Position numbers and translations under genes: made by a program
DNA from: an uncultured Solirubrobacterales bacterium
GTDB lineage: Bacteria > Actinomycetota > Thermoleophilia > Solirubrobacterales > Solirubrobacteraceae
NCBI GenBank assembly: GCA_963714115.1
Contig: OY970232.1
Coordinates: 3,625,997 to 3,689,996 of the forward strand
Reading direction: 5' to 3'
DNA length: 64,000 nucleotides
Notes under the pieces: model-generated
What the model saw: the letters and a program-made list of their open reading frames with translations, nothing else
The model's database searches: none
What the model was told of the DNA's origin: nothing
In this document: positions 18,979 through 29,238 of the stretch, in pieces
Layout: the number at the start of each line of letters is the position of its first letter
Numbering within the stretch: position 1 is the first letter of the stretch

Positions 18979-20707
18979 GGTGGCCACAGCCAGCCGCGCG
19001 GACGCGGTGGATTGGTTCCGCTGCCCCTCCTGCGCGGCCTTCGTCTACCACAAGCGCCTGCGCCGCAACCTCGGCGTCTGCCCCGACTGCAACCACCACT
19101 TCCGGCTGCGCATCCGCGAGCGCCTCGGCCAGCTGCTCGACGAGGGCAGCTTCGAGGAGCTGAGCGGCGACCTGGAGATCGTGGACGCGCTCTCCTTCGC
19201 GGACTCCAAGCCCTACGTGGAGCGGATCGCGCAGGCACAGAAGAAGAGCGAGACCAAGACCGGCGCGCTGCACGGCACCGGCACCATCGACGGCCTGCCG
19301 ATCGTGGTGGCCGGCATCGACTTCTCCTTCATCGGCGGCTCCATGGGGGGCGCGGTCGGCGAGTCGATCACCCGCGCCGCCGAGCTCGCCCTCCAGAACC
19401 GCACGCCGCTGCTGGTGATCTCCGCCTCCGGCGGCGCCCGCATGCAGGAGGGGTGCGTGTCGCTGATGCAGATGGTCAAGACCTCCCAGGCGATGGCACG
19501 CCTCGCCGAGGAGGGCGTGCTCTTCATCTCGCTGCTCACCGACCCCACCTACGGCGGCGTCAGCGCCTCCTACGCGACCCTCGGGGACATCCTGATCGCC
19601 GAGCCCGACGCCCACATCGGCTTCGCCGGGCCCACCGTGATCGAGCAGACCATCCGCCAGAAGCTCCCCGACGGGTTCCAGACCGCCGGCTTCCTGCTCG
19701 AGCACGGGATGCTCGACTTGGTCGAGCCCCGCGAGAGCCTGCGGCGCACGATCCGCAACCTGCTCGAGCTCCACGCCCAGGCCGAGGCGGCGCGTGGCGA
19801 GGACACCCAGGCGCGACTGCGGCGCCTGCCCGCCACCGAGGGAGCCGCGCCGATCGTCGATCCCGAGCAGCTCCCCGCGCGCGACCCCTGGGAGATCGTG
19901 CAGCTCGCCCGCCACATCGACCGCCCGCGGATGCTCGACCTCGTCGGCTTCGCCTTCGACGGCTTCCAGGAGCTCCACGGCGACCGCCTCTTCCAGGAGG
20001 ACCACGCGATCATCGCCGGTCTCGCGCGCCTGGGCGAGCTGACCGTGATGCTGATCGGCCAGCAGAAGGGCCACACCACGAGCGAGCTCGTGGAGCACAA
20101 CTTCGGGATGCCCGAGCCCGAGGGCTACCGCAAGAGCATGCGCCTGATGCGCTACGCCGCCCGCTTCGGCCTGCCGCTCGTCACGCTCGTGGACACCCCC
20201 GGCGCCTACCCCGGCCTCGGAGCGGAGGAGCGCGGGCAGTCCAACGCGATCGCCGAATCGATCATGCTGATGGTGCGCCTGCCCGTGCCCGCCGTGACCG
20301 TCGTCACCGGCGAGGGCGGCAGCGGCGGCGCCCTGGCAATCGCCGCGGGCGACCGCGTGCTGATGATGGAGAACGCCTACTACTCCGTGATCAGCCCCGA
20401 GGGCTGCTCGACGATCCTCTTCAAGGACGCCTCCGCCGCCCCCCGCGCCGCCAAGGCGCTGCGGATCACGAGCCCCGACCTGCTGCGCCTCGGCGTGATG
20501 GACGCCGTCGTGGCCGAGCCCGAGGGCGGCGCGCAGGCCGACCCACCGGTCGCCGGGGCCAACCTCAAGGCCGCAATCGTCGCCAGCCTCGGCGAGCTGC
20601 TCCCGCTGAGTGCCGACGAGCTGATCGCCCAGCGCTACGAGCGCTTTCGCAAGTTCGGCACCCCCGGGCGCCAGCCCACCCTTCCGCCAATCACAGGGGA
20701 GACATGA
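18971..20707 (+). CDS. accD: Acetyl-CoA carboxylase carboxyltransferase, fused beta (AccD) + alpha (AccA)
   Basis: Zn finger CPSC..CPDC, GGSMG, SGGARMQEG, PTYGGV; then GQQKG, PEGYRK, VDTPGAYPG, GEGGSGGA, ISPEGC. Confidence 0.93.
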   Translation: MAEVATASRADAVDWFRCPSCAAFVYHKRLRRNLGVCPDCNHHFRLRIRERLGQLLDEGSFEELSGDLEIVDALSFADSKPYVERIAQAQKKSETKTGALHGTGTIDGLPIVVAGIDFSFIGGSMGGAVGESITRAAELALQNRTPLLVISASGGARMQEGCVSLMQMVKTSQAMARLAEEGVLFISLLTDPTYGGVSASYATLGDILIAEPDAHIGFAGPTVIEQTIRQKLPDGFQTAGFLLEHGMLDLVEPRESLRRTIRNLLELHAQAEAARGEDTQARLRRLPATEGAAPIVDPEQLPARDPWEIVQLARHIDRPRMLDLVGFAFDGFQELHGDRLFQEDHAIIAGLARLGELTVMLIGQQKGHTTSELVEHNFGMPEPEGYRKSMRLMRYAARFGLPLVTLVDTPGAYPGLGAEERGQSNAIAESIMLMVRLPVPAVTVVTGEGGSGGALAIAAGDRVLMMENAYYSVISPEGCSTILFKDASAAPRAAKALRITSPDLLRLGVMDAVVAEPEGGAQADPPVAGANLKAAIVASLGELLPLSADELIAQRYERFRKFGTPGRQPTLPPITGET

Positions 20708-21264
20708 GCGAGAACGAGAACATCCCAGCCACCCCCGACCGCGAGCTGATCGAGTCCGTGTGGGCCGAGGCCCGCGACCTGATCAAGCGCCTGGAGGGCA
20801 GCACCGTGCAGCGCTTCGCGGTCGCCGCCGGCGACTACCGGATCGAGATCGAGCGCGGCTCCCCGGCAGTCGCGCCGGGCACTCCGGGCGTACCCCCCCC
20901 TCCTCCCCCCTTCCCCAGCGGACCTGTCGCCACCGGCGCGGGCCCGGGTATGAGCATCGCGCCCGGCGCGCGCATGGCCTCCGGCGTCTTCACGATCGGG
21001 GATCTCGAGGCCGACAACCGGGTGCCGGTCCTGGCGCCCCTGGTGGGCACCTTCTATGGCGCCGCCCAGCCCGGGGCCAAGCCGTTCGTCGAGGTCGGCT
21101 CGAATGTCGAGCCCGGGCAGACCGTGTGCATCGTCGAGGCGATGAAGATGATGAACGAGGTCGCCGCCGGCGAGGGCGGCAAGGTCGCCGAGATCGTTGT
21201 GGAGAACGGCGAGTGGGTCGAGTTCGAGCAGGTGCTCATGTACCTGGAGCCCGCCGATGACTAG
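20704..21264 (+). CDS. accB: Biotin carboxyl carrier protein
   Basis: ATGA overlap; Pro-rich linker; APLVGTFY, IVEAMKMMNEV biotinylation motif. Confidence 0.93.
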   Translation: MSENENIPATPDRELIESVWAEARDLIKRLEGSTVQRFAVAAGDYRIEIERGSPAVAPGTPGVPPPPPPFPSGPVATGAGPGMSIAPGARMASGVFTIGDLEADNRVPVLAPLVGTFYGAAQPGAKPFVEVGSNVEPGQTVCIVEAMKMMNEVAAGEGGKVAEIVVENGEWVEFEQVLMYLEPADD

Positions 21265-21365
21265 AGCAGTCGCCGCGCCACGCCGGCCGACCCACGATCG
21301 CTCGGTGTCCTCGATCGCTCGCGAGGGCTCCCTCGAGCGTCCGGCATCACCGAGGAGCTGAGCCG

Positions 21366-22733
21366 ATGTTCGAGAAGGTCCTGATCGCCAACCGCGGTGA
21401 GATCGCGCTCCGCGTGGCGCGCGCCTGCCGCGAGCTCGGCATCAAGTCGGTCGCGATCTACTCCACCGCCGACGCCGAGTCCGCCGTGGTGCGCTTCGCC
21501 GACGAGGCCGTGCACGTCGGTCCCCACCACCCCGGCAAGAGCTACCTGCACATCCCCAACGTGATCGGCGCCGCCCAGAAGACCGGCGCCGACGCGATCC
21601 ACCCCGGCTACGGCTTCCTCTCCGAGGACCCCTTCTTCGCGGAGATCTGCTCCGACAACGGGATCACCTTCATCGGGCCCCGCCCCGAGGTGATGGAGAA
21701 GGTGGGCGACAAGGCGATCGCCCGCGACCTCATGCAGAAGGCCGGCCTGCCGCTGCTGCCCGGGACGATCGAGCCCGTGCAGACGGCAGAGGAGGCCCAA
21801 GAAATTGCCGACGGGATCGGCTACCCCGTGATCATCAAGGCCGTCGCCGGCGGGGGCGGGCGGGGCATGAACGTCGTGCGCCGCGCCGAGGACCTCGTGC
21901 GCCTCTACCAGACCACCCGCGCCACCGCGCAGGCCGTCTTCAAGGACAGCGCCGTCTACATCGAGCGCTACCTCGAGGCCCCCCGCCACACCGAGGTGCA
22001 GCTCGTCTGCGACAGCCACGGAAACGGCGTGTACTTCTTCGAACGCGACTGCTCCGTGCAGCGCCGCCACCAGAAGCTGATCGAGGAGGCCCCCTCCATC
22101 CATCTCTCCGACGCCCAACGCAAGGACATCGGCGAGCGCGCCGTCGCCGGGGCCCTCTCCGTCGGCTACACCGGCGCCGGCACGATGGAGTTCCTGCTCG
22201 ACCACCAGGGCAACCTCAGCTTCATGGAGATGAACGCCCGCATCCAGGTCGAGCACCCCGTCAGCGAGATGGTCACGAGCGTCGATCTCATCCAGGAGCA
22301 GATCCGCGTCGCCGCCGGCGAGCCCCTGTCAGTCACCCAGGAGGACGTCGTCCTGCGCGGCCACGCGATCGAGTGCCGTGTCAACGCCGAGGACCCCGAC
22401 CGCGACTTCGCTCCCGCCGCTGGGCGCCTGGACGTCTACGTTCCCCCAGGTGGCCCCTGGACGCGCGTGGATTCCCACTGCTACCCCGGCTGGAACATCG
22501 CCCCCTTCTACGACTCCCTGATCGCCAAGCTGATCGTCTGGGCGCCCACTCGGCTGGAGGCGATCGAGCGCATGGACCGCGCGCTCTCGGAGTTTCAGAT
22601 CGAGGGGCGCGGCGTCAAGACCACGATCCCCTTCCACCGCCGCGTGCTCGCCAACGAGCAGTTCCGCTCCGGCGACGTGACCACCGACTTCGTCGAGCAC
22701 TTCCTCGCGCGCGAGGCGGTAACGGCGACATGA
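21366..22733 (+). CDS. accC: Biotin carboxylase
   Basis: KVLIANRGEIA, IHPGYGFLSE, GGGGRGM, ERDCSVQRRHQKL, EMNARIQVEH, RVNAED, FYDSLIAKL. Confidence 0.96.
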   Translation: MFEKVLIANRGEIALRVARACRELGIKSVAIYSTADAESAVVRFADEAVHVGPHHPGKSYLHIPNVIGAAQKTGADAIHPGYGFLSEDPFFAEICSDNGITFIGPRPEVMEKVGDKAIARDLMQKAGLPLLPGTIEPVQTAEEAQEIADGIGYPVIIKAVAGGGGRGMNVVRRAEDLVRLYQTTRATAQAVFKDSAVYIERYLEAPRHTEVQLVCDSHGNGVYFFERDCSVQRRHQKLIEEAPSIHLSDAQRKDIGERAVAGALSVGYTGAGTMEFLLDHQGNLSFMEMNARIQVEHPVSEMVTSVDLIQEQIRVAAGEPLSVTQEDVVLRGHAIECRVNAEDPDRDFAPAAGRLDVYVPPGGPWTRVDSHCYPGWNIAPFYDSLIAKLIVWAPTRLEAIERMDRALSEFQIEGRGVKTTIPFHRRVLANEQFRSGDVTTDFVEHFLAREAVTAT

Positions 22734-22821
22734 GCCACCGCTTCGCGCAACGTCCGCGACCGACCCTGAGTGAGACGTCCTGCTCGCGACCCGCGACCGA
22801 CCCACAGCAAGGAGACCCCCA

Positions 22822-23685
22822 ATGAGCAGCGGTGAAGCCCCAGTCGAGATGTTGCCCGAGGTGCTGGACTATCTGGGCGAGCAGCGCACGCTCACACTTG
22901 CCACCGCCAGCCCCAGCGGGGTCCCCCACGCCGGCACCTTCCTCTACGTGCACGACGGCCCCGAGCTGTACTTCTGGACGAAGGCCCACACCACCACCGC
23001 CCGCCACATCGAGCAGAACCCGCTCGTCTCCTTCACGATCGACCGCTACTCCGAGGACCTCCAGAAGATCCGCGGGCTGCAGGGCAAAGGCGAGTGCCGC
23101 GTGATCCTCAGCGGCGAACAGATCGCCCGCGTGGCCGACCTCTTCGGGCAGAAGTTCCCCGCGCTCTCCCCCGGCACCACCATGACGATCTCGTTCTTTC
23201 GCATCGTGGCCAGCGAGCTGCAGTTCACCGACAACACCGACGCCGCCACCCACCAGGAGGGGACCTTCGGCGTGGAGTTCCACCGCGAGCGAGCCTACAG
23301 CGTCTTCAGCGACCTCCCCCTCCAGAGCGTCGCCAACCTCACCGGCGAGCTGCAGATCCTCGACTTCCCCGCCGGCGAGACGATCGCACGCGCGGGCGGT
23401 CCCGCGGACAAGTTCTTCATCGTCGTCGACGGCGAGGTCGAGGTCGGGCGCGAGGGCGCCGGCGACGAGGGGGGCGCCACGACGGCCTCGCTCGGCCCCG
23501 GGCAGTTCTTCGGGGAGCTCGCGATCCTGCGCGACCGGCCGCGGACGGCCACGCTGACGGCGCGCACGCCCACGCGGCTGCTCGCGATGGAGCGCGACAC
23601 CTTCCGCGACATCGTCGCCGAGTCCCTGGGGACCACCAAGGACTTCGATGAGATCGTCCGCGCGCGGCTGCGGATCCTCGACTGA
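22822..23685 (+). CDS. Pyridoxamine 5'-phosphate oxidase-like (split-barrel) domain fused to a cyclic-nucleotide-binding domain
   Basis: N-term TLTLATASPSGVPHAG...LYFWT....TARHIEQNPLVS; C-term GETIARAGGPADKFFIVVDGEVEV...FFGELAILRDRPRTATL. Confidence 0.85.
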   Translation: MSSGEAPVEMLPEVLDYLGEQRTLTLATASPSGVPHAGTFLYVHDGPELYFWTKAHTTTARHIEQNPLVSFTIDRYSEDLQKIRGLQGKGECRVILSGEQIARVADLFGQKFPALSPGTTMTISFFRIVASELQFTDNTDAATHQEGTFGVEFHRERAYSVFSDLPLQSVANLTGELQILDFPAGETIARAGGPADKFFIVVDGEVEVGREGAGDEGGATTASLGPGQFFGELAILRDRPRTATLTARTPTRLLAMERDTFRDIVAESLGTTKDFDEIVRARLRILD

Positions 23686-23714
23686 GGGGTCCCCCGCGAG
23701 CACGCGCCCCGCTC

Positions 23715-24215
23715 ATGTCAGCGCCCGCCTTCAGCAGCAAGGACTTCCGTGACACCGTCGGCGCCTTCGCCACCGGCGTCACGGTGATCACCACGCGCGG
23801 TGAGGAGCACGCCTACGGGATGACCGCCAACGCGTTCTCCTCGGTGTCGCTCGATCCCCCCCTGGTGCTCGTGTGCACGATCGCGCGCTCGGAGGGCAGC
23901 GAACATCTGCGCAGCAACGGGGTGTTCGCCGTGAACATCCTCGGCACCGACCAGGAGCCGCTGTCGCGCTACTTCGCCTCCAAGGAGCGCCCCCGCGGCC
24001 GCGACGCCTTCGCCGACGTGGCCCACCGCGCCGCCACCAGCGGCTCGCCGATCCTCGATGGAGCCCTCGCCTACCTCGACTGCCGGCTGCACGCCGAGCA
24101 CGAGGCGGGAGACCACGACATCTTCATCGGCGAGGTGCTCGAGCTCGGCTCCCGGGAGAGCGCCGAGCCGCTGATCTTCCACCGCGGGCAGTACCGGCTG
24201 CTCGGGGCGGGGTAG
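23715..24215 (+). CDS. Flavin reductase (ActVB/HpaC-like)
   Basis: FATGVTVITT, GMTANAFSSVSLDPPLVL, AGDHDIFIGEV, PLIFHRGQY. Confidence 0.92.
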   Translation: MSAPAFSSKDFRDTVGAFATGVTVITTRGEEHAYGMTANAFSSVSLDPPLVLVCTIARSEGSEHLRSNGVFAVNILGTDQEPLSRYFASKERPRGRDAFADVAHRAATSGSPILDGALAYLDCRLHAEHEAGDHDIFIGEVLELGSRESAEPLIFHRGQYRLLGAG

Positions 24216-24294
24216 GCAACGGCGGGCAGTACGGGGCTGCACCGGGCGGGCAGGCTCCGTCGACCGCGGGAAGCTACCTGCGAATCGGTGAAGG

Positions 24295-25470
24295 TCAGAC
24301 GTCGTAGGCGATCGAGTCCGCGACGAGCTTGCGCCACTTCTTGTCGGGGACCATCTTCATGGCGGTGTTGCGCAGGGCGCACACGACGCCATTCGCCTTG
24401 GCCTGCTCGCCTCGGCGCCGTGAGGCGAGCACGATCGAGTTGGCCCGCTCAGCGCGGCGCAGCTCGTAGGACTGAAGCGCGAGCAGAATCGAGGAGGACT
24501 CGCTCAGCGGCGCGCTGAGCGACAGCTCCTTCGCCAGCACGATCGCGTCCTCGATCGAAATGCCGGCGCCCTGCCCCATGAACGGCGTGGTCGGATGGGC
24601 CGCATCGCCGATCAGCACCAACCGGCCCTTGGACCAGGGACGGATCGGATCGCGGTCGTAGATGTCACTGCGGATCACCGCGTCATCGGCGGTGCTCCCG
24701 ATCAGCGTCTCCGCGGGCGCCGGAAACTTGCCGAAATGCCGCAGACACTCCGCCCGCTGGCCGTCGGGCGCGTGGTGCTCACCGGCCGGCGCGAGCATGG
24801 ATGCGCTCCAGTAGACCTCGCCGTGAGTGAGGGGGAAGATCCCGAACTGGGCGCCGGCGCCGCTGTACAGCCTGGCAACGTCGACCGGCACGAGACCGGG
24901 CTCGACGGTCGCGATTCCGCGCCAAGCCGTGAAGCCGGAGTATCTTGGCTCGGCCTTGCCGTGCATGGTGGTGCGCACCACGGAGTGCAACCCGTCGGCC
25001 CCGACGATCAGAGCGCCGCGCTCGCGCCGGCCGTCGGCAAAGTGCGCGATTGCACCGTCCGCGTCCTGCTCGACGGCGACGCACTCGGCCGACAGATGGA
25101 TCTGGCGAGCGTCGATCTCGCGGAGCAGGCCCTTCTGGAGATCGCTGCGGCGAATGGTCACCCCCGGAACGCCCTTCTGCCTTGCGACCTCGCCCTGCGG
25201 CAGGCGCGCCAGCAGTCTCCCGCGGTGGGAGTAGAACTCCTGCCACTCGACGGGGGTGCCCAGATCGATCATGTAGCGGCCGATCCCGATTCTGATCAGG
25301 GCGCGCAGAGCATTGGTCTGCAGGCCCAGACCAGCGCCAACCTCACGCAGCTGGGGGGTCCGCTCGAACACCTCCACCGGGATCTGAACTCGTGTGAACG
25401 CCGCTGCCGCAGCGAGGCCAGCCGGGCCGGCGCCGATGATCAGGACACGCCGTGCGTCGTCTGTCGTCAC
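24295..25470 (-). CDS. FAD-dependent monooxygenase (class A aromatic hydroxylase type)
   Basis: GTG at 25470; IIGAGPAG, VGADGLHS, LIGDAAHPTTPFMGQGA..SIEDA. Confidence 0.9.
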   Translation of the reverse strand: MTTDDARRVLIIGAGPAGLAAAAAFTRVQIPVEVFERTPQLREVGAGLGLQTNALRALIRIGIGRYMIDLGTPVEWQEFYSHRGRLLARLPQGEVARQKGVPGVTIRRSDLQKGLLREIDARQIHLSAECVAVEQDADGAIAHFADGRRERGALIVGADGLHSVVRTTMHGKAEPRYSGFTAWRGIATVEPGLVPVDVARLYSGAGAQFGIFPLTHGEVYWSASMLAPAGEHHAPDGQRAECLRHFGKFPAPAETLIGSTADDAVIRSDIYDRDPIRPWSKGRLVLIGDAAHPTTPFMGQGAGISIEDAIVLAKELSLSAPLSESSSILLALQSYELRRAERANSIVLASRRRGEQAKANGVVCALRNTAMKMVPDKKWRKLVADSIAYDV

Positions 25471-26555
25471 CGAGGTCCAACGCTCCACGACAGGCCGACC
25501 GGTTCCAGAGCGCGGAGAAATGCTTCGGGGTCGAACGCAGCAGATGGCGCCAGTGCGCCGGCGCGGCTGTAATCGGGCTCTGACATGGACCTGGCGGCCT
25601 GGGTCAGCGCCGCCGCGGTCAGCCTGTAGGGATCGCGACCGCGGGCGGTGGCGGAGGCGATCGCGCCGCTGTCGCTGTGCGCCACGACGTGGACCGTGAA
25701 TTCGGCGGCCTCGCGCTGCTCCTCGGTCGGACCGGCCGAGGAGCGACTCGCGGCGCGCTGCGCAAGTCGATAGATCGGGGTCCGCAGGGCCGCCTGACCA
25801 ACCGGGAGCGCGAGCTGCACGAAGCGTGCCAGGGCAGGCTTCGGCGCGAGGCCGGCTGCGGCCTGCACCACGCGCACCTCTCGAGTCTGCGTGTGTCGCG
25901 GCACGGTGATCACCTCGCAGCTCGGGAAGCGGATCGCCGGCTGCTTGCCGATCGGCGGTGGGAACTCGAAGCTGCCGAGCTGAAAACCACGGCCGCCGAA
26001 GCTCAGGGCGCCGTTCTCGTAGACCAGGTCCCGCTCGCGCAGGACCTCGAGCACGGTGAGCGCCGTACCCCGGCCCATCGCCTGGTTCACGGTCCAATAG
26101 CCGATCTCGAGTGAGGTGAGGGGCTCGCGGTCGCGGGCCACGAGGTGGCTGAGCAGATCGCCCACCAAGCCCAGGCCGAGACCCGAGACGAGCGCAACGC
26201 CGCGCTCCTTCGCCGCGGGGGCGCTGTCCTCGAACACTTTCCTGAGGAACAGCTGCTCGGAGGTCGTGTCGAGATAGTTGGTTCCCGTCTCGATCGCCGC
26301 CGCGAGGATGCCCTCACCCGAGAGGGCAAACGGACCGGCGCAGTTGATCACCACGCGCGCATCGGCAAGCAGCGCTCGCAGCCCCGCCGGATCGTCGACC
26401 GAAGCAGCGGCCCAGGGGATGCCGCCTCGCTGCTCAGAGAGCGCCGCGAGGCGCGTCGCATCGCGGCCGGCGAGCGTGAATGTCAGCCCGGCGCTCGTCA
26501 GTTCGTCAGCGATCAGACCGCCGGTGTAGCCGGTTGCGCCGTAGAGGACGATCAC
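25467..26555 (-). CDS. Saccharopine dehydrogenase-like NAD(P)-binding oxidoreductase
   Basis: VLYGATGYTG, LAGRD, VINCAGPF..SGE..LAAAIETGTNYLD; GTGA overlap with the monooxygenase. Confidence 0.85.
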   Translation of the reverse strand: MIVLYGATGYTGGLIADELTSAGLTFTLAGRDATRLAALSEQRGGIPWAAASVDDPAGLRALLADARVVINCAGPFALSGEGILAAAIETGTNYLDTTSEQLFLRKVFEDSAPAAKERGVALVSGLGLGLVGDLLSHLVARDREPLTSLEIGYWTVNQAMGRGTALTVLEVLRERDLVYENGALSFGGRGFQLGSFEFPPPIGKQPAIRFPSCEVITVPRHTQTREVRVVQAAAGLAPKPALARFVQLALPVGQAALRTPIYRLAQRAASRSSAGPTEEQREAAEFTVHVVAHSDSGAIASATARGRDPYRLTAAALTQAARSMSEPDYSRAGALAPSAAFDPEAFLRALEPVGLSWSVGPR

Positions 26556-26572
26556 GATCCTCAGGTCCCCTG

Positions 26573-27838
26573 CTAGATCTCGATCCGCTTGGCCTGCGAG
26601 CTGTTGAAGCGAAGCATCGCGATCCCCGCGAACACCAGCGTCATCCCCGCCAGGACGGCGGCGGGAACGAGCACGCCCGAGATCCCCTTGCCGTCGAGGA
26701 TCACGTTGTGAGCAGCCAGGAGCGCCCAGTAGCTGGGAAACGCATGTCCGATCGCCCTGATCGTCGGGGGGAGCGATGCGACGGGAGTCAGCGCGCCACC
26801 CATCGCGGCGAACACGATCAGGATCATGTTGCCGATCGCCTCGAGCTGCGCGTAGGTCTGCACCAGCGCGACGATTGCGGCGGTCATCGCCAGCACGCAC
26901 GCGATCAGCGGCACGACGACCACCAGCAGAACCAGCACCGGCCCCTTGGAGCTCATGCCGAACACCGTCAGGCCGATGACCATCGTGATCACGATCTGGG
27001 CCAGGATCAGCAGCGCTCCCGGTAGGAGCTTGCCCGTGAGGACCTGCCCGATGCTGGCCTGACTGGCACGCATCCGTTCCCACGTGTTCCACCCGTGCTC
27101 GATGAAGAACCCCCTGCCGAGCGTGATGACCCAGAGGAACATGAACATGATCATGAACCCGGGGACGGCCTGCTCGGAGCCGTTGACGTTCCTGTAGCCC
27201 TCCTGCACGAGGATGGTCTTCATCGTCGGTCGCATCACCAAAATCGACAGCACCGGGATGATGAGATAGAGGATGATCGGTCCCGGATCGCCAAGCAGCA
27301 ATTTCATGTTGTGCCCGATCAGCGCTCCGAGAGGACTGGCCGTCCGCTCCTGGACGACGCCGCTGGGCCCCTGCTCGGGATCGCCGGCTGCTCGGGCGAA
27401 CTTGGGGAAGGCGTACCCGGCGCTCACCCCGGCCTCGGAACTCGGCGCCGCCGCTTCGATGGGGGGCCCGGAGCTGAGCGTCGTCGCCTGCATCTGGGGG
27501 CGCACGCTGGTGCGCTGCGACGCAGCGTCCGCCGGTTCGGACTGCGCAGGGAGCACGCCGATCGTGGTGCCGCCGACGCTGATCGAGTCGCCCTGGCGCA
27601 GCTGACGCGGGCCGGAGATCCGCTCGCCGTTGACGTAGGTCCCGTTGGTGGAGCCAAGATCCTCGATCGTCAGAACCCCGTTCGCGCGCGTGATGCGTGC
27701 GTGGTGTCGCGAGAGTTCCTGGTCGCCGTCCAGCGTGCCCTTGCCTTCGGCCGCGCGCCCGATCACGAGCTCGGTCTCGACCTCCAACCCGGTGCCGGCG
27801 GCGCCGCCACTGGTGATTCTCATGATCTCTCGAGCCAT
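26573..27838 (-). CDS. FHA-domain + ABC-2 type exporter permease fusion
   Basis: FHA: IGRA...LSRHHARI...EDLGSTNGTYVNG; then six TM ABC-2 region with EHGWNTWERM. Confidence 0.88.
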   Translation of the reverse strand: MAREIMRITSGGAAGTGLEVETELVIGRAAEGKGTLDGDQELSRHHARITRANGVLTIEDLGSTNGTYVNGERISGPRQLRQGDSISVGGTTIGVLPAQSEPADAASQRTSVRPQMQATTLSSGPPIEAAAPSSEAGVSAGYAFPKFARAAGDPEQGPSGVVQERTASPLGALIGHNMKLLLGDPGPIILYLIIPVLSILVMRPTMKTILVQEGYRNVNGSEQAVPGFMIMFMFLWVITLGRGFFIEHGWNTWERMRASQASIGQVLTGKLLPGALLILAQIVITMVIGLTVFGMSSKGPVLVLLVVVVPLIACVLAMTAAIVALVQTYAQLEAIGNMILIVFAAMGGALTPVASLPPTIRAIGHAFPSYWALLAAHNVILDGKGISGVLVPAAVLAGMTLVFAGIAMLRFNSSQAKRIEI

Positions 27839-27843
27839 GCCGC

Positions 27844-29217
27844 CTAGCCGTCCCTCTTGCGCATCACCGTCACACCCGGACGACCGACCGTCCCCTCTGA
27901 GAGTGGCGTGAGTCCCTGCCCGGGAACGTAGGGCACGGGCTGGATCTCTGCATAGTGCCTGTTGGTGAGCGCGAGGTAGACGCTGTCGAGGCTCGGGCGA
28001 AGGACCTCGATGCTGGCAATCGGCGGCGCGTCGCGACCAATCCGGTTCAGCAGCGCCGCGGCGGCCCCCTTCGGGTCATCGGTCTCTAGGCGCAGGAGGT
28101 TGTCTTGAATCGTGAGCTCGCCGGGGAAGTCGAGCTGGGGAGCCGCGCCATCGAACCGCACCTCGACAGCGGTGCTTGCGCACTCGCGGATCAGCTCGGC
28201 GATCGATCCACGCGCGACGATCTTGCCGCCATCGAGGATCGCCACCGACGCTCCGAGCTCTTCGATCTCGGGAAGATAGTGGGTCGAGTAGCAGATCGCG
28301 CGTCCTTTCGCGGCAAGGGCCTTGACGGCCTCGAGGATCTCCTGGCGTGTGCGAATGTCGGCACCGACCGTGGGCTCGTCCAAAATCAGGAGCGGTGGGT
28401 GGTGGAGCATCGCCATGCCCGTGTGCAGCCGGCGCTTCTGACCGCCCGACAGGGTCCCCGCCCTGCGAGCGAGCATCGGTGTCAGGCTCAAGGCGTTCGC
28501 GACCTCGGTGACGCGTTGATCCACGAGCGGCTTGCCCAAGCCGTTTAGCCGGCCGAGGATGCGGAGGTTGTGCTCGACCGTCAACGTCGGATAGATCCCG
28601 AGGTCCTGGGGTGCGATCCCGAGCGCGGTCCGCGCCTTGCGAGGGTTGGCAAGCGCATCTACCCCGTTGATCCGGATCGTTCCCGCATCTGCCGTCCGCA
28701 GGCCCGCGATGATCGAAACGAGCGACGTCTTGCCCGCGCCGTTGGGCCCGAGCAGACCGACGATCTCGCCCGGCTGGATCTCGAGATCCACACCGTGCAG
28801 CACGTGGTGGTCGCCGTAGGACTTCGTGACCCCCCGCACTGACAGCACGGAACCCTCGTCGGAACGGTGGGTCTCGCTCGCCTCGCCGATCATCGCCGAG
28901 CGCAGCACGGTGCCCTGCCCCTGGGCGACGAACTCCATCACGGTGTCGCCCACTTCGATCCGATCGCCGGTTGCTAGGAACTGGGGAACCGGGATCTTCC
29001 AGCCGTTGAGGAAGGTGCCGTTCGTCGATCCCAGATCCTCGATGATCAGACCGCCTTCCGGCAGGCGCAGGATCCGCGCGTGGCGACGCGACAGCTCCAT
29101 GTCTCCACCCAGGCTGCCGTCCGTGCCGCTCTCGCGACCAATCAGCAGCTCATCGCCTATGCGCAGCTCGCTTCCCGAGGCGGGCCCGGAAAGAACTCGC
29201 AGCATTTCGCCGGCCAT
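27844..29217 (-). CDS. FHA-domain + ABC exporter ATPase fusion
   Basis: FHA (IGRE..LSRRHA..DLGSTNGT); Walker A GPNGAGKT; LSGGQ; LILDEPT; STHYL. Confidence 0.92.
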   Translation of the reverse strand: MAGEMLRVLSGPASGSELRIGDELLIGRESGTDGSLGGDMELSRRHARILRLPEGGLIIEDLGSTNGTFLNGWKIPVPQFLATGDRIEVGDTVMEFVAQGQGTVLRSAMIGEASETHRSDEGSVLSVRGVTKSYGDHHVLHGVDLEIQPGEIVGLLGPNGAGKTSLVSIIAGLRTADAGTIRINGVDALANPRKARTALGIAPQDLGIYPTLTVEHNLRILGRLNGLGKPLVDQRVTEVANALSLTPMLARRAGTLSGGQKRRLHTGMAMLHHPPLLILDEPTVGADIRTRQEILEAVKALAAKGRAICYSTHYLPEIEELGASVAILDGGKIVARGSIAELIRECASTAVEVRFDGAAPQLDFPGELTIQDNLLRLETDDPKGAAAALLNRIGRDAPPIASIEVLRPSLDSVYLALTNRHYAEIQPVPYVPGQGLTPLSEGTVGRPGVTVMRKRDG

Positions 29218-29238
29218 CGGCGATAACCCTACCCTAGC

